Below are positions 1-11,831 of a stretch of 64,000 nt of DNA, piece after piece. This stretch comes from Diplonema japonicum. Lineage: Eukaryota; Protista; Euglenozoa: Diplonemea. Location: the NCBI GenBank assembly GCA_964019335.1, contig OZ025730.1, positions 1 to 64,000 on the forward strand. Reading direction: 5' to 3'. The translations under genes were made by a program, and so were the position numbers. The stretch's first letter is position 1. Each line of letters opens with the position of its first letter. The notes below the pieces were generated by a model. The model had not been told where the DNA came from and did not search any database. It saw only the letters and a list, made by a program, of their open reading frames with translations.

Positions 1-87
1 CCCATACAAAAAAATGAGCATGGTTTTCTTTCCCCCCCCCCAAAAAAAAAACTAGCCCTCGTATATTCCCCATTCCCCCACCCCATT

Positions 88-1059
88 TTAAGACGCATGA
101 CCGGGTAATGAAGGGACCAACAGTTGCCGGGCAATGTCGGGGTCCCCAATGACTAGTGAGGAGATGGGCCGCACGGGTTGATGAGATTCGTGAGCGGGCT
201 GGGGATGCTTATCCAGGCACGATGGAATGCCAATGCATTCTGTGCATTTGAATCCGGATTTTCGGACCTCACCCTTTCTCCCACACCGCCCGCACACGAC
301 ACATCGCTGCTTGGGGGTGGGTTCCACCCTCTCGGGTTGTTGTGAGCTATTTGTCCCACCTGTCAAGGGGTTCTTCTTACTGCTTTTTCGATCCATCCCG
401 TAACGTAAAACGTGGCCATCAGACTGGTCAGTCCAAACCTCTACCCGTAGCTGATTTGAGAGTTCGTTGTGTGATGCCTCTCCAGACCCCCCCATGTGTA
501 TTATTGTGTAAGCTTCGTCTTTCGTGGCCCTGTACCGAACCCACTTCCCATCGCACGAGATTGAGAACTTGTAGCAGCCTTGGTCGTCTTTCACCGCCTT
601 GGCCCAAAGGTAGCCGGTTGCGTTGTGAAAGAGGTCCATCACCGGGACTTGCATGCCTGCAGGGTCCTTCATCACATTGGTGAGGCTTACGTCAGCTTCT
701 CCTAGTAGGTCGTCCCCCGGTCTTGTAAACGGCGATTTTAAAGGTTCTTTAAAAGGTTTCCCCCGTTTTCTGCATTCTAACCATTGTTCCCATGTTCTTT
801 CCAGCTCGACTAGCCGTTGCGCGAAAACGTCCCAGGTCCAGCTGCGAGGGTTGTACGCCCCCATCTCCGCTCTTATGAACACGGTGCCTCCTTTCATAAC
901 AGCGCGGAAATTCGCCGCTTTCGCCAAATCGATGCAGATTGCGTTTGCCCTCTCCACATATTTCAATGTCTCTTCGAAGCCTGGGGAACCTTGCAGCGGG
1001 ATCCCACTCGCTCTGTTGCGGCACCGCACGGCGCCTGCGAATTCCCCGCTCCCTTCCAT
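88..1059 (-). CDS. Motor-less kinesin-3 stalk-like (KIF1B/KIF28-type) domain protein with C-terminal Cys4 knuckle
   Basis: ATG at 1059 (the ORF extension upstream is homopolymer spacer). VERANAICIDLAK..W.WDVFAQRLVELERTW..SPF..LLGEADVSL resembles the kinesin-3 stalk motifs (EANAIS.EL.K; W....F..RL..M; DPF; LIG.A.V.L). C-terminal CVVC..KCTEC. Confidence 0.55.
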   Translation of the reverse strand: MEGSGEFAGAVRCRNRASGIPLQGSPGFEETLKYVERANAICIDLAKAANFRAVMKGGTVFIRAEMGAYNPRSWTWDVFAQRLVELERTWEQWLECRKRGKPFKEPLKSPFTRPGDDLLGEADVSLTNVMKDPAGMQVPVMDLFHNATGYLWAKAVKDDQGCYKFSISCDGKWVRYRATKDEAYTIIHMGGSGEASHNELSNQLRVEVWTDQSDGHVLRYGMDRKSSKKNPLTGGTNSSQQPERVEPTPKQRCVVCGRCGRKGEVRKSGFKCTECIGIPSCLDKHPQPAHESHQPVRPISSLVIGDPDIARQLLVPSLPGHAS

Positions 1060-1466
1060 CTCTCTGTAGTGAGTTGTGATCAGCGTGAAACAAATGGAGC
1101 AATGGAGATATATAGCTAGCGTCTGTGGGGGGGGGGGGGGGGGGGGGAAGAGGAGGAAGAAACATAAAAATAAGAGAGAGAGTAAAAAACCTAAGAAAAA
1201 AAGAGAGAGAAAAGGCCACAGAGGGCCAGAGATGCAACTTTTGGAGTGAAGGATGGATTTGAGACTGGGAATGGGAGAACGGAAGGGAAAAAGTTGAATA
1301 TCTTCGATACAAGACATGTTGTACTTGGCAGCTTTCTTTTTTTTTCTTTTTCCCCCTGTGTTTTCCCCTTGTTCCCCACCCCACCCTCAAAACCACCTTT
1401 TTTTCCTTGTTGCCGTGTTAAAAGAAAAAACGGGAAAGGGACTGAAGGTCAAGAAGTGGATCAGTG

Positions 1467-4400
1467 CTACTGTGTGTAGTACCTCGGGAAGTACACCTGC
1501 TCCGGCTGCGGTTGTGGTTGTAGCTGCTGCGGTGGCTGGTACTGAGGGTAAGCTACTTGTGCAGGAGGGGGAAACCTTGCATCCGCCTGTGGTGGCAGCA
1601 TCACCTGTTGTGGAACACTAGGTGCCTGTCCCAGCATGTAGTGCACGATGTACATGGGCAGCACCTGGAAAGGGTGGAACACCACGTACTCGTCGCATTC
1701 GGCTGTCTTCACAATGTATGAGTCATAGCCCCTTGCTGTTTGCCATTCACCCCCGCCCTCCTCCACCCTCCCCTCTGGGTTCACCGGACGCACTACGTTA
1801 TGCATAGCATCAGGCTTCACTAGCTTCGTGTTGATGACGTAAGGGCGGCCCAGGTTGACCCTGCACCGCACAAGGGAGTGCACCCCTGTCTGCGGGTTTG
1901 GTGTCACGTCTTTGTGTGCCACCGACATGTGTTCGGATAGCCTTATTCCAAGCCCGTATTTGTGGCATCCGGAGTACGGGTGCGGCTCGGTGCACATCTT
2001 GCATCGGGCATCGCACCTCGTGGTGTCCAACCCACCTGACATGCGACAGAGAGGCGACGCAGCTGTGTCTGACGGCGGCTGCACACCATCCCTGCAGATG
2101 CAGCTCAGATTGGTTGGGTTTGTACCAAACCACAGATCCTGCTCGATGATGGCGCCGTGCTTGTTCTCGAGGAACTTCTTCCTTGTCTGGTAAATGCCAT
2201 GCAGCGTGTCGTTGTGCACCTTCTCAACCCCCAAGACGTGGCCCAGCTGCCTGGTGCGCACCTCGTGTGCCAGCTCGTCGAACACACTGCTGTTGGAGTC
2301 AATCGGTGCCGTGTACCGAAGGTGTGCTTGGTTCAGGATGTTGTCCGACGGCCGGTGCTTGAACGAGCAAGACTCCGTCCAATCAGCATGCCCCTTGATG
2401 TTCCATCCTCTGCAGTATTTCGCAGGGCCTGCAAGGCGTGGGCAGCCCTTGCCAGCTGTCCAAGGGTTTTCTGGTTGGCTGTCATCGACGCTGATAGTAT
2501 GGCTACCTTTATAGAGCCTGGTGTTGAGCTCTGATAGCTGGCATTGGCTGACCGACGTTTCCAGCTCGACGTAAGCACCTATACGGGCAGCATTTCTCTC
2601 GATCTTCACGAAGGAAACGTTGTGGCCTTTCAGGAATTCCTTCACGTCGGTTGAAATGCTGTCATCGCTCTGCTCGAACTCAGGAGCGAGCCACCCAACC
2701 CACAGGTGCTTGGTTGACGTGGCCATGATGGCTGCGTCAGTGCGCCCCTTGCAAGCTGTGCTGCCCCCTCGCTGGGATTCACCGAGCTTCGCCAGCGAAA
2801 CAAGTGACTCCTCAACCTCTCTCGAGAAGGCCTTGAGATCCTGCGTCAGCTTCGACTCCGAGTACCCGAACTGCAGCAGGTAGTGCGGCATGGCACGCGC
2901 CCCCGTCACCTCGTACCCTTCGGAGGAAGGCACCCATTTGAAATCACCCCCATCAACACCGAGCACTGTCTTGCAGAGGAACATATAGTTCCCGCCGTTG
3001 CAATGTTGGATGGCGCTGGCAGGAGTGATGTTCTGAAGGGTGTTCGCAAGCCCGTTTGACGCAGCCTCAACGACACAACTCTCAGGCAGGCCGTAGTACG
3101 TGTTCTTGATGCTAGGCGGCTTCTTGTACTTCTTCATGAGGGCTTGCTCTGCGTTGTGGAACGCGGCCTTATGATGCACACCATTGACAGCCCAAGCGTT
3201 GATGACACCCCAGCTGCAGTCTAAGCCACCACTGATCTCCTCCCACTTGTCCTTCAGGATCTGCAGTTTCTTCTCACCAACTTCGGTGAAAAGACTCTCC
3301 AGACCTTTGTGACGTGTGTCGGGGACCAGTGTGGGAAACTTGCAGCACACGTTGCAATTTTTGCACAAGTCTGCCATGTCGCTTAATACCTGAGAAAGGC
3401 TCAGCTCAGGAAGGTCCTGCGTGATGATCTCTTCGCATTCGCCAAGGCAGGTCAGCTCCAGGCTCTTATTGATGGTATCGTATCTCACTTTTGTCACCTG
3501 CTTCAAGTTGCCATTGTTCTTGCTGTACTCAAGGTCCATGCCCAACCCCTGCGTCATGAAGGTCACGCTGTCCCACTCATCGTTGAAAGTGATCTTCAAG
3601 CACGGCTTCTTCCCCTTCCTCTTGGGTACCTTCTTCTTCTCAACGACTTGAACGCACTCTTGCAAGTGGAGCCCTTCCGGGCACGACTCACCGTTGTAAG
3701 GGCAGGCATTCTTCATGAACTTAGCACACATCTGCTTGTCTTCCCCGTCCAACGACAGTTCTCGCGTGATAACCTCCTTCCCAGCGGCCGGGGGACATTC
3801 AAGGACCTCAGCATTGTGAGGCCCTGTCACGTCCACAGCATGCAACTTCGAGTTAAGCAGCTTCAACGAGAACTCGACCTTCTGTTTAATAGCCAGCGAT
3901 GACTTCCCCTTGATGGCTGTTGAGGCGCACCTCACATTTCCGAAGAAGACGGCCTGCGAGCCCCAAGTGGAGGCACCGACGTAAATGGGCACGAGGGGAC
4001 TGATCCAGCCAGAGTTTTTGGCCGAGTCCCAGGAGTCCACTTCGCCGCGCAATCTCACTAAGCAGCTGCACGAGACGTTCAAAGTGAACGCTGTCTTGTT
4101 CTGGAAGACGTTGGCGATGGCGTCTTGTGTGGCTGGTGCACTGTCTACGGTGGTGATGGTCATCCCTTTCACGAGGCCGTGCATGCTGCCGACAGCACCA
4201 GGGATGACAGACTCCACATGGGTGCCCTCCATAGTCACGCCCATGTCCTCACCCAGACTGCCCCTGCTGACATGGATCTCGTTGAACACGTAGTCTGTCA
4301 GTTCGCTTTCCTGCTTCACAGCAGTGCCCTGCACCGCAGACTGGGATCCCCACTGCTGGTACGGGGGGGGCATGCATGGTTGCGCCGTCTGCCCCGGGTA

Positions 4401-4529
4401 CTGATATTGCACTGTTTGTGCCGGGTACTGGTATTGTGGTTGCGCTGCCTGTGCCGGGTACTGGTACTGATGACTGGGCAGCTGCATTGGCGCAGCCATC
4501 TGAACAGGAACGGACTGGTAGGCCATCAT
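1467..4529 (-). CDS. PDZ-cold shock-CCCH-PARP-like-RRM-CCCH-PARP-like multidomain protein (probably catalytically inactive)
   Basis: 1020 aa. PDZ-like (EDMGVTMEG..VESVIPG); CSD (GEVDSWDSAKNSGWI..KVEF..AVDVTGP); CCCH (CAKFMKNACPYNGESCPEGLH); RRM-like (HLWVGWL..GAYVEL); C-terminal PARP fold (LWFGT, YGLGI, LVRCRVNLG, EYVVFHPFQVLPMYIVHY); a second, more degenerate PARP fold (YYG..MFLCKTVLG..PHYLLQF). Confidence 0.75.
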   Translation of the reverse strand: MMAYQSVPVQMAAPMQLPSHQYQYPAQAAQPQYQYPAQTVQYQYPGQTAQPCMPPPYQQWGSQSAVQGTAVKQESELTDYVFNEIHVSRGSLGEDMGVTMEGTHVESVIPGAVGSMHGLVKGMTITTVDSAPATQDAIANVFQNKTAFTLNVSCSCLVRLRGEVDSWDSAKNSGWISPLVPIYVGASTWGSQAVFFGNVRCASTAIKGKSSLAIKQKVEFSLKLLNSKLHAVDVTGPHNAEVLECPPAAGKEVITRELSLDGEDKQMCAKFMKNACPYNGESCPEGLHLQECVQVVEKKKVPKRKGKKPCLKITFNDEWDSVTFMTQGLGMDLEYSKNNGNLKQVTKVRYDTINKSLELTCLGECEEIITQDLPELSLSQVLSDMADLCKNCNVCCKFPTLVPDTRHKGLESLFTEVGEKKLQILKDKWEEISGGLDCSWGVINAWAVNGVHHKAAFHNAEQALMKKYKKPPSIKNTYYGLPESCVVEAASNGLANTLQNITPASAIQHCNGGNYMFLCKTVLGVDGGDFKWVPSSEGYEVTGARAMPHYLLQFGYSESKLTQDLKAFSREVEESLVSLAKLGESQRGGSTACKGRTDAAIMATSTKHLWVGWLAPEFEQSDDSISTDVKEFLKGHNVSFVKIERNAARIGAYVELETSVSQCQLSELNTRLYKGSHTISVDDSQPENPWTAGKGCPRLAGPAKYCRGWNIKGHADWTESCSFKHRPSDNILNQAHLRYTAPIDSNSSVFDELAHEVRTRQLGHVLGVEKVHNDTLHGIYQTRKKFLENKHGAIIEQDLWFGTNPTNLSCICRDGVQPPSDTAASPLCRMSGGLDTTRCDARCKMCTEPHPYSGCHKYGLGIRLSEHMSVAHKDVTPNPQTGVHSLVRCRVNLGRPYVINTKLVKPDAMHNVVRPVNPEGRVEEGGGEWQTARGYDSYIVKTAECDEYVVFHPFQVLPMYIVHYMLGQAPSVPQQVMLPPQADARFPPPAQVAYPQYQPPQQLQPQPQPEQVYFPRYYTQ

Positions 4530-4639
4530 TTTCGTTTCTCCTTTTTCTTTTTCTCTCGTTTCTTCTCAATCGAGTGCGTGTACGCAGCTGTGAAGGGTGG
4601 AGGGTGCCTAAGTCTCATGACACACAACTAACTAAATAA

Positions 4640-4676
<37 letters not shown>

Positions 4677-4723
4677 TCGTATGTAATGTACACAAGAAAA
4701 CATGAGAATGTCATCCCTGCCTG

Positions 4724-5360
4724 TCACGCACCGCCACCTATGAACTGGACCTTCAGTGCGTGCAGTTTGTAGAAGTTTGCCAGCTTCGCAACTAGCAGAG
4801 AGATGTTATATTTGAGCTGTGTGGTGGTGGTGGTGGTGGTGGTGTGCCCATACCATTTGCAGCTCGTTTTGAAGTCTCCGTACCTCCCTCTGCTTGGCTT
4901 TTTCCTCCTTTGCGAGTTGTGCCTTTGTTTTCTTCTGCCCGTCTTCCCCTTCTTCGTCGATGGTGGCGCCCTCGCTCTTTTTCAAAAGCAATTCTTGTTT
5001 CGAGGCATCGATCTGCATCTCGTTGTGCTGCTTCACTTGATTGAATTTCTCCTCAGTCAGCAAGCTTCCGAATGTGTCCGGGTGTCCAGTTGTGCTGTAG
5101 TAGATTTGATCAGCCCGTATCTGTCTGTTGGGCACACTGCACTGCAAGGCCTCCACAAGCTTTTCTAATGTACCAAACTGCTGAACAACCCCAGGCTTCC
5201 GCAGCACTACGAGGGCCCCTTCCTCTGTTTCTTGCTCAAACGGCCTTACAAACGGACCCTCTTTGCACTCAGCTTCCTTTTTCTCTTTTGCTCCTTGCCT
5301 TGCTAACCTCCCCCGCTGCAGCGCTTGTATCTTTGAAGCAGCCGCCTCTTCTTCACTCAT
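4724..5360 (-). CDS. IQ-motif protein, 2 exons (199 aa)
   Basis: N-terminal IQ motif AASKIQALQRGRLARQ. Intron 4817-4853 (37 nt, GTATGG..(CAC)n..ACAG). Exon 2 (4724-4816) reads LKYNISLLVAKLANFYKLHALKVQFIGGGA*. Confidence 0.7.
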
Positions 5361-5817
5361 TTTTTTCTTTTTTCCGTATTTTTCTTTTCCCTTCCTACTG
5401 CGGGGGGTTTGCCTCGGCAGTGTGTTTTTCAGAGGGAAAAAAAAAGAGGGGAAAAGGGACCTTTTTTTTCTTTCCCCTTCTTTATTTTGTTTATTTTTTG
5501 GCGCCCCCCTTCCGCCCTCGGGGGTAGTGGGATGGGACGGCGTTCGGTCAGCACTTCACAGATTTGTTATAGTTTCGTTTCTTATTTCTTTTCTTTTTTT
5601 CCGGGAGGGGAGGGAAGGGGGGATCAAAACAGGAAAAGGGTAAAAAAAAAGGGGGGGGGCGGGGTAGAAAACAAATATGGGATCTTAGATTATCAAATTA
5701 AAAAAAAAAAGTGGGGAAAGAAAAAAAAAACACGCTCTCTTTCTCTCTCTCTCTCTCTCTTCCTTCATACCAAAAACACTTTCACCTCCCCTTCCGTGTA
5801 AATTCCTAAAACGAGAC

Positions 5818-5854
<37 letters not shown>

Positions 5855-5858
5855 TTCT

Positions 5859-6932
<1,074 letters not shown>

Positions 6933-7098
6933 TCAGACCCTGGGAACACCTCTGGCATGCTCCCGACTGCACCATGCCAACATCATCGAACATCTGGAGT
7001 ACCTTGAGACCAAGATCTGTCCCTCCGACCTTTCGTCTGTCTTCATGAACTGCAAGCCCATTGCTCCTTGCTGGTACAAAAAAAAAAAAGAAGAAAGA

Positions 7099-8016
7099 TC
7101 ATCCAATAAACTGCACAACGTACATGGGCGACGTCGGTGGTGCGTGCACGGCCTTGACCCTCGGTTCGTTCCTGAGCGACAGCAGGAAGTCCGCCACGTG
7201 CCCCGACAGCCCCACGGAGTCCAGGTTGAAAACAACCAGCGCATCCTTGCGGAGCCGCCCGTTGTCGAGAAGCGCCTTGAGATCCCTCTCATAGTCAATG
7301 GCCGTGTGGTCCATCAGCACGAGATCGTACTTTCGCTTCATCGTGGGTAGAATATTGCTGATGTCCCCTATGAGAACCTCAATGGTGACCTCTGGGGAAA
7401 GCTGCGAGGACACTGCTTTGGCACAGCTGGCAAGGTAAGGGTTGCGTTCCACTGCAGTGACAAATGTGTGTGGGGAGACCCTTGTCACTACACAACTACT
7501 GTACGCTGCAAAGTAGCACCCGATGTCGAGGAACGTCTTCGGCCTGTGCCTCCTAACAAGATCCTCCAAGAAAAACCGGTTCTTGCTGGTGAGGCACATT
7601 CTTCGTCCTTCCTGGTCGTCATCGACCATGTAGATCACACTGTCAGGGCCGCTGTAAGACGATCCCATCAACCGGTGGATGAGTTCCCTGATTTTCGCAC
7701 CTGGTGCTTCTTCTGCAGTGGAGTGTTCAGTCTGCTTGCTGTCCCAGTTGGCAATGTCTTGTTGGAGGTGGCCGAAGCCGTGTTGCATTTCTTTGAACCA
7801 AATAGGGGCTTCAACACTCGATGAGTTGGCTTTTCGGTCCAGTTCCCTAAGGGCTTCCCTTGCCCTGTTATATGATTTCATGAATACATTTTCGGGTTCT
7901 TTCACGTGATGCGACTCCGCCCTCTGCCATGGTGTTTCAATAATCCGTTTTTTTACGCCCGTTGCTACTAGCACGTCGTCAAGCCTGCGGCGGCTCCATC
8001 TTCTTATGGCCCGCAT
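7099..8016 (-). CDS. Catechol O-methyltransferase-like SAM-dependent methyltransferase
   Basis: ATG at 8016 after an A-run. LVRRHRPKTFLDIGCY..YS, VTAVE, YDLVLMDH..YERDL..LL..G.L motifs of the COMT/class I O-MTase fold. Confidence 0.75.
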   Translation of the reverse strand: MRAIRRWSRRRLDDVLVATGVKKRIIETPWQRAESHHVKEPENVFMKSYNRAREALRELDRKANSSSVEAPIWFKEMQHGFGHLQQDIANWDSKQTEHSTAEEAPGAKIRELIHRLMGSSYSGPDSVIYMVDDDQEGRRMCLTSKNRFFLEDLVRRHRPKTFLDIGCYFAAYSSCVVTRVSPHTFVTAVERNPYLASCAKAVSSQLSPEVTIEVLIGDISNILPTMKRKYDLVLMDHTAIDYERDLKALLDNGRLRKDALVVFNLDSVGLSGHVADFLLSLRNEPRVKAVHAPPTSPMYVVQFIG

Positions 8017-9449
8017 TTCTTTTTTTTTTTTTTTTTTTTTTTTTGCCAAATGGGGGGGAAAATGAAATGTGTTTAAAAAAAAAAAATAGAAAAATGAGAA
8101 CCAAAACAAAAGAAAAAAAAAGTGAAGGGGGGTGAGAGTGGGGGGAAAAAAAAAATCCCATTCTTCTATCACAGGCAGTTTTGGGTGTCTCTGGGAGAGA
8201 CCGTTAGTGTCTATGGGCTAAAAGAGAGGGATGAATAAAAAAAAAAAGGGTGGGGAGAGGGAGGGGAAACTGAAGAACAATAAAAAAAAAAAAAGAAAAT
8301 GAAAAATAAATAGGAGGAGGAAAATGAGGAGGAATAGGAAGAGGGATATAAAAATAAAAAAAAATCGATGGCGGTAGAGGTTTAAATGTTTGATTAGATT
8401 TTGTTCCAGAAGAACTAGTTTTTTTTTTTTGATTTCTTTTTTTTCTTCTTTGTTTTTTTTTTTTTAATTTTTTTCTTTTTTTTCCGAGAAAAAGCATTTT
8501 CCCTTCTGTTGTTCCCCTGATTTTTTTTTTCTTTTCATAACTTTTTTTATTCTTTCTCTTTTTTTTTTTTTTTTTTTTAAATTTTTTTTGAGAAGAAAAG
8601 GCTCTCAATTTTCCTTGTCGAAATAAAGTAATCAATCACGCGAAGGCACAAAAAAAAAGAGCAAGATCAAGTTTGCAGGGGTGGGAAAGGGAAAAAGGAT
8701 GTGGAAAGAAAAGAAAATGTTTTAAAAAAAAAAAAAGGTTATGAATAGAAGAAATTGAGGGTCCAATAGAAAACATAGAGGGAGAGAATGAGAAAGGGAT
8801 AAGGAGTTAAAAACAAAAAAAAAAAAAAACCTGGCAGTTATAAGTAAATAAAAAATATAAAAAAAAGAGAATCTCTTTTTTTTTTCTTTTTCTATTTTCA
8901 AATTTGCTCGACCAAAAAAAAAAAAAAAAAAAAAAATAGTTTGTGTATGTCGCGTTGTCTTCAATATGGGGAGAAAAAAAAGGCGATGTTTAAGGGCAAA
9001 TCCCACTCGAGGACCACCCCCAAAAAAAGGGAGTGAGTTTTCCTGCCCCTTTTTCTTCTTTTTCTTTTACCCACACCTTCTTTCTTTTTCTTTTTCTCTA
9101 CTCCCTATTCTATTGGACCTATACTCGTTCTAGCTGCCCCCCTTTAATTAAATAAGACTTTTCCTTTTTTTTCTCTTTTTTTTTTTCGAACAGTAAATAA
9201 AAGATCCACTGCCGTATTTAAAAAAAAAAAAAGATTTTCTCGTTACACATTGCTCTCCAGGGGTTTTTGCCTTCCCTCTTCTTTTTTTTTTTTTTTTTTT
9301 TTCTTCATTTTCCTTCAAAGATTCCCTTTTTTCTTTCCATTCTTTTTTTTTTTTTTTTGGGAAAAAAAAAAGAGGAACCGAATGTTTTTTTTCTTCTTTT
9401 GAGGCAACAGAAAAGTACAGCCCTTCTTTAGGACATCCCTGGAGGCGTG

Positions 9450-9483
<34 letters not shown>

Positions 9484-9673
9484 CCCCGCTTTTTTTTGAG
9501 ACGCGGGGAGATGGTTGGAAAGATTTTTTTTTTTCGGTGAAGAGGGGAGAGGAAAGAGGGGGGAGTGCACAGGATGAAGGTGTGCAACAGAAACAAACAA
9601 CTTGATAACACGAAGAAGACTTTCCAAAATAAATATAAAAAAAAAAAAAAAAAAAAATTGACTCCACACAAAA

Positions 9674-11694
9674 TCACGCGGATTTGTCCTTGCCCTTGCC
9701 AGACTTCGCGAAGGGGTTGGGGGGCAGCTCCGTCATGGACTTGTAGTACTGCACACCACGAACATCATCAACAAAATGGCAGCTACGGGCGATCTCCTTT
9801 GTCGCACTCCAGATGGAGCGATTGTCGAACCTGTACAGGTGGGGGTACTTCTCCTTGTAGATCCTGGTGGCATCCTGAGCACGGTAGTGCGGCACCTGGA
9901 AGGAAATGTGGTGCAGCACGTGAGTCGACCCAATGTGGTGGTGCACGTAGTTGATAAGCTCAGGGTACGACCTGTCGACACTGCATGTTGCACCCCTCAT
10001 GTAGCTGAAGTGGCCGTCGGAGAAGTGCGGGATGTCAGAGTCCGTGTGGTGCAGCCACGTGTACAGCACCAACCACCCGTTCACGATAACGTAGGCCCCC
10101 CAGTACCAGAACAGCGACGTACCAAGGCCAGCCAGCACATCCACGTACAGCAGGGCAGCAAGCACCATCAAACACCCAACAGTACCCGGCATGATCATGT
10201 CCCTCTGGTTGTCCTCGAACACCTGGCTGCTAGGCTTGAAGTGCGACACAGGCTTCTTCCTGTCAATCTTCGCACCCTGCGGGGTTCTCCTTCCGCCAGT
10301 CGCGTTCTGGAACAGGTACAACGGCCACCTAAAGAAGGGGGGTGATAGCTATTTTTTTTAATGGGAATACCCGAAGAAAAGGTGCTGGAAAGTGTTCCAG
10401 AACACAAACGCATCGTCCCCCATGATCTTCCAGAACCCGTAGTCCATCTTCGCGCCTGTTTGTCGTGTGTGTGGGGAAAAAAAACGAGCGATGATAACAT
10501 ACCGTTCCTGTGGTTGGGGACGTGGGACTCACCGTCAAGGAGATGGTTGGTGAACATGTGGTGCTTGTGGTGGGAGTACCTCCACGCCCAGAAGGGGACG
10601 AGGAGGGCGGTGTGCGTGACGAAGCCGACCACATCGTTGATCCAGTTGTTCGCACCAGTACCGGCGAAGGCACGGTGGCCGCATTCATGCCCGATGACCC
10701 AGAGACCGGTGAGGGTGGTACCCACAACCACGGAGTAGATGGGCCACACGACAAGCCACTTGATCCAGAAGTTCCCCGTGATGTATGGGAAGAGCAGAGT
10801 GCAGGCGTAGATGAGAGCACCGTTAAGGGCAAGGTCGTGGAAGAGCCATGCGAACGACAAGGCAAGGTTGACGTCAACACTGTACCCAGCCTTGTTGATG
10901 ACCCTCTTGATCTCAGCAACATCGGGGAGGGCATCGCCGAGGGCAGCCTCGTCACGGATACCGTCGATGGGGAGAGCAAGCTTTCCGGTGTCGGAAGGGG
11001 GGCACCCGAAGTCGACAACAGTCTTGGCCTCACGCTTGATGGCCTTGCACTCCTTGGTGACCTGCTCGGGGATCTTCGTTCCCTTGACGCACAGGACGAG
11101 GGCAAGCCCTGTCGTGATGTCGGTGCATTTCCTGATGTCGCCTGAGCCATCAGGGCTGAAGATAGGAGTGCTCATGGTGCTGGCCTCAGGGAACGTAACA
11201 TGGTGCTTGCCCCATCTCTCCATGAGGGCCTTCTCGTCCTCGATGCCTTTTGAGGCAACGATGGCAGCTCTGACGGCGTTCTTTGCATTCTGCTTCAGGT
11301 CCTTCGCATCCTTCGACGCGGAGATGGCAGCAGCGGCCACCATGCCGTGCCTGTCACCGATGAAGGCGGCGTACTGTTTTGCGCACTCTGAAACATCCTT
11401 CTTAGTCACTTCCATGTGCGCCATGAAGCTAGCGAGATGGCTCACAGTGACAACAGGAAGGGCAAGAGCCGTGGTTTCAGCCTCTTTCATCGACAGGCTG
11501 TTCTTTGAGATCGCCTTCATGAGATCGAACTGTTTGATCTCCTCCTCGGAGTAAAGCTCCGGGTAGGTGTTCTTAAGAATGTCCGAGCACTCCTCCACGA
11601 AGGGCCTGACCGTCGCATGCTTCTCGTAGGTGCGTGTAAGTGTCTTGAAGACGGTGCTGGCGTGGCCGCCAAACATCGCTAGCACATCCGTCAT
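9674..11694 (-). CDS. Delta-12/omega-6-type fatty acid desaturase with N-terminal degenerate FAS-I starter acyltransferase (SAT)-like domain, 3 exons (643 aa)
   Basis: His boxes HECGH, HHKHH and HVLHH; TGLWVIG, LLVPFWAW, TWLHHTD. Introns 10456-10502 (47 nt, GTATG..CAG) and 10329-10370 (42 nt, GTATT..TAG) restore HLFFGWPLYL. Confidence 0.85.
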
Positions 11695-11831
11695 TATGAT
11701 CAATAGATATCCTGCGAGTGGTGGTTCTCTTTTTATTTTTGCTTGTTGGCGGGTAGAAAGAAAAACATAAAACAATTCAGACTTTTAAATAATACTGTGT
11801 TCCTTTTTTTTTTTCTTCTAAAAAAGGCCTC

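Noticed and set aside
1060-1317. N-terminal extensions of ORF-track entries (also 8017-8172, 25633-25788, 28213-28383, 43617-43766, 46896-47129, 63369-63491)
   Set aside because: They run through homopolymer spacer; a downstream ATG, usually after an A-run, starts the recognisable protein.
4806-4853. Apparent natural His7 tag at the C-terminus of the IQ protein
   Set aside because: The (CAC)n run lies inside a 37-nt GTATG..CAG intron; splicing gives an ordinary final exon.
8204-9677. Poly-Lys/Phe/Pro/Gly ORFs here and in other spacers
   Set aside because: They are translations of homopolymer tracts, which lack stop codons by composition.
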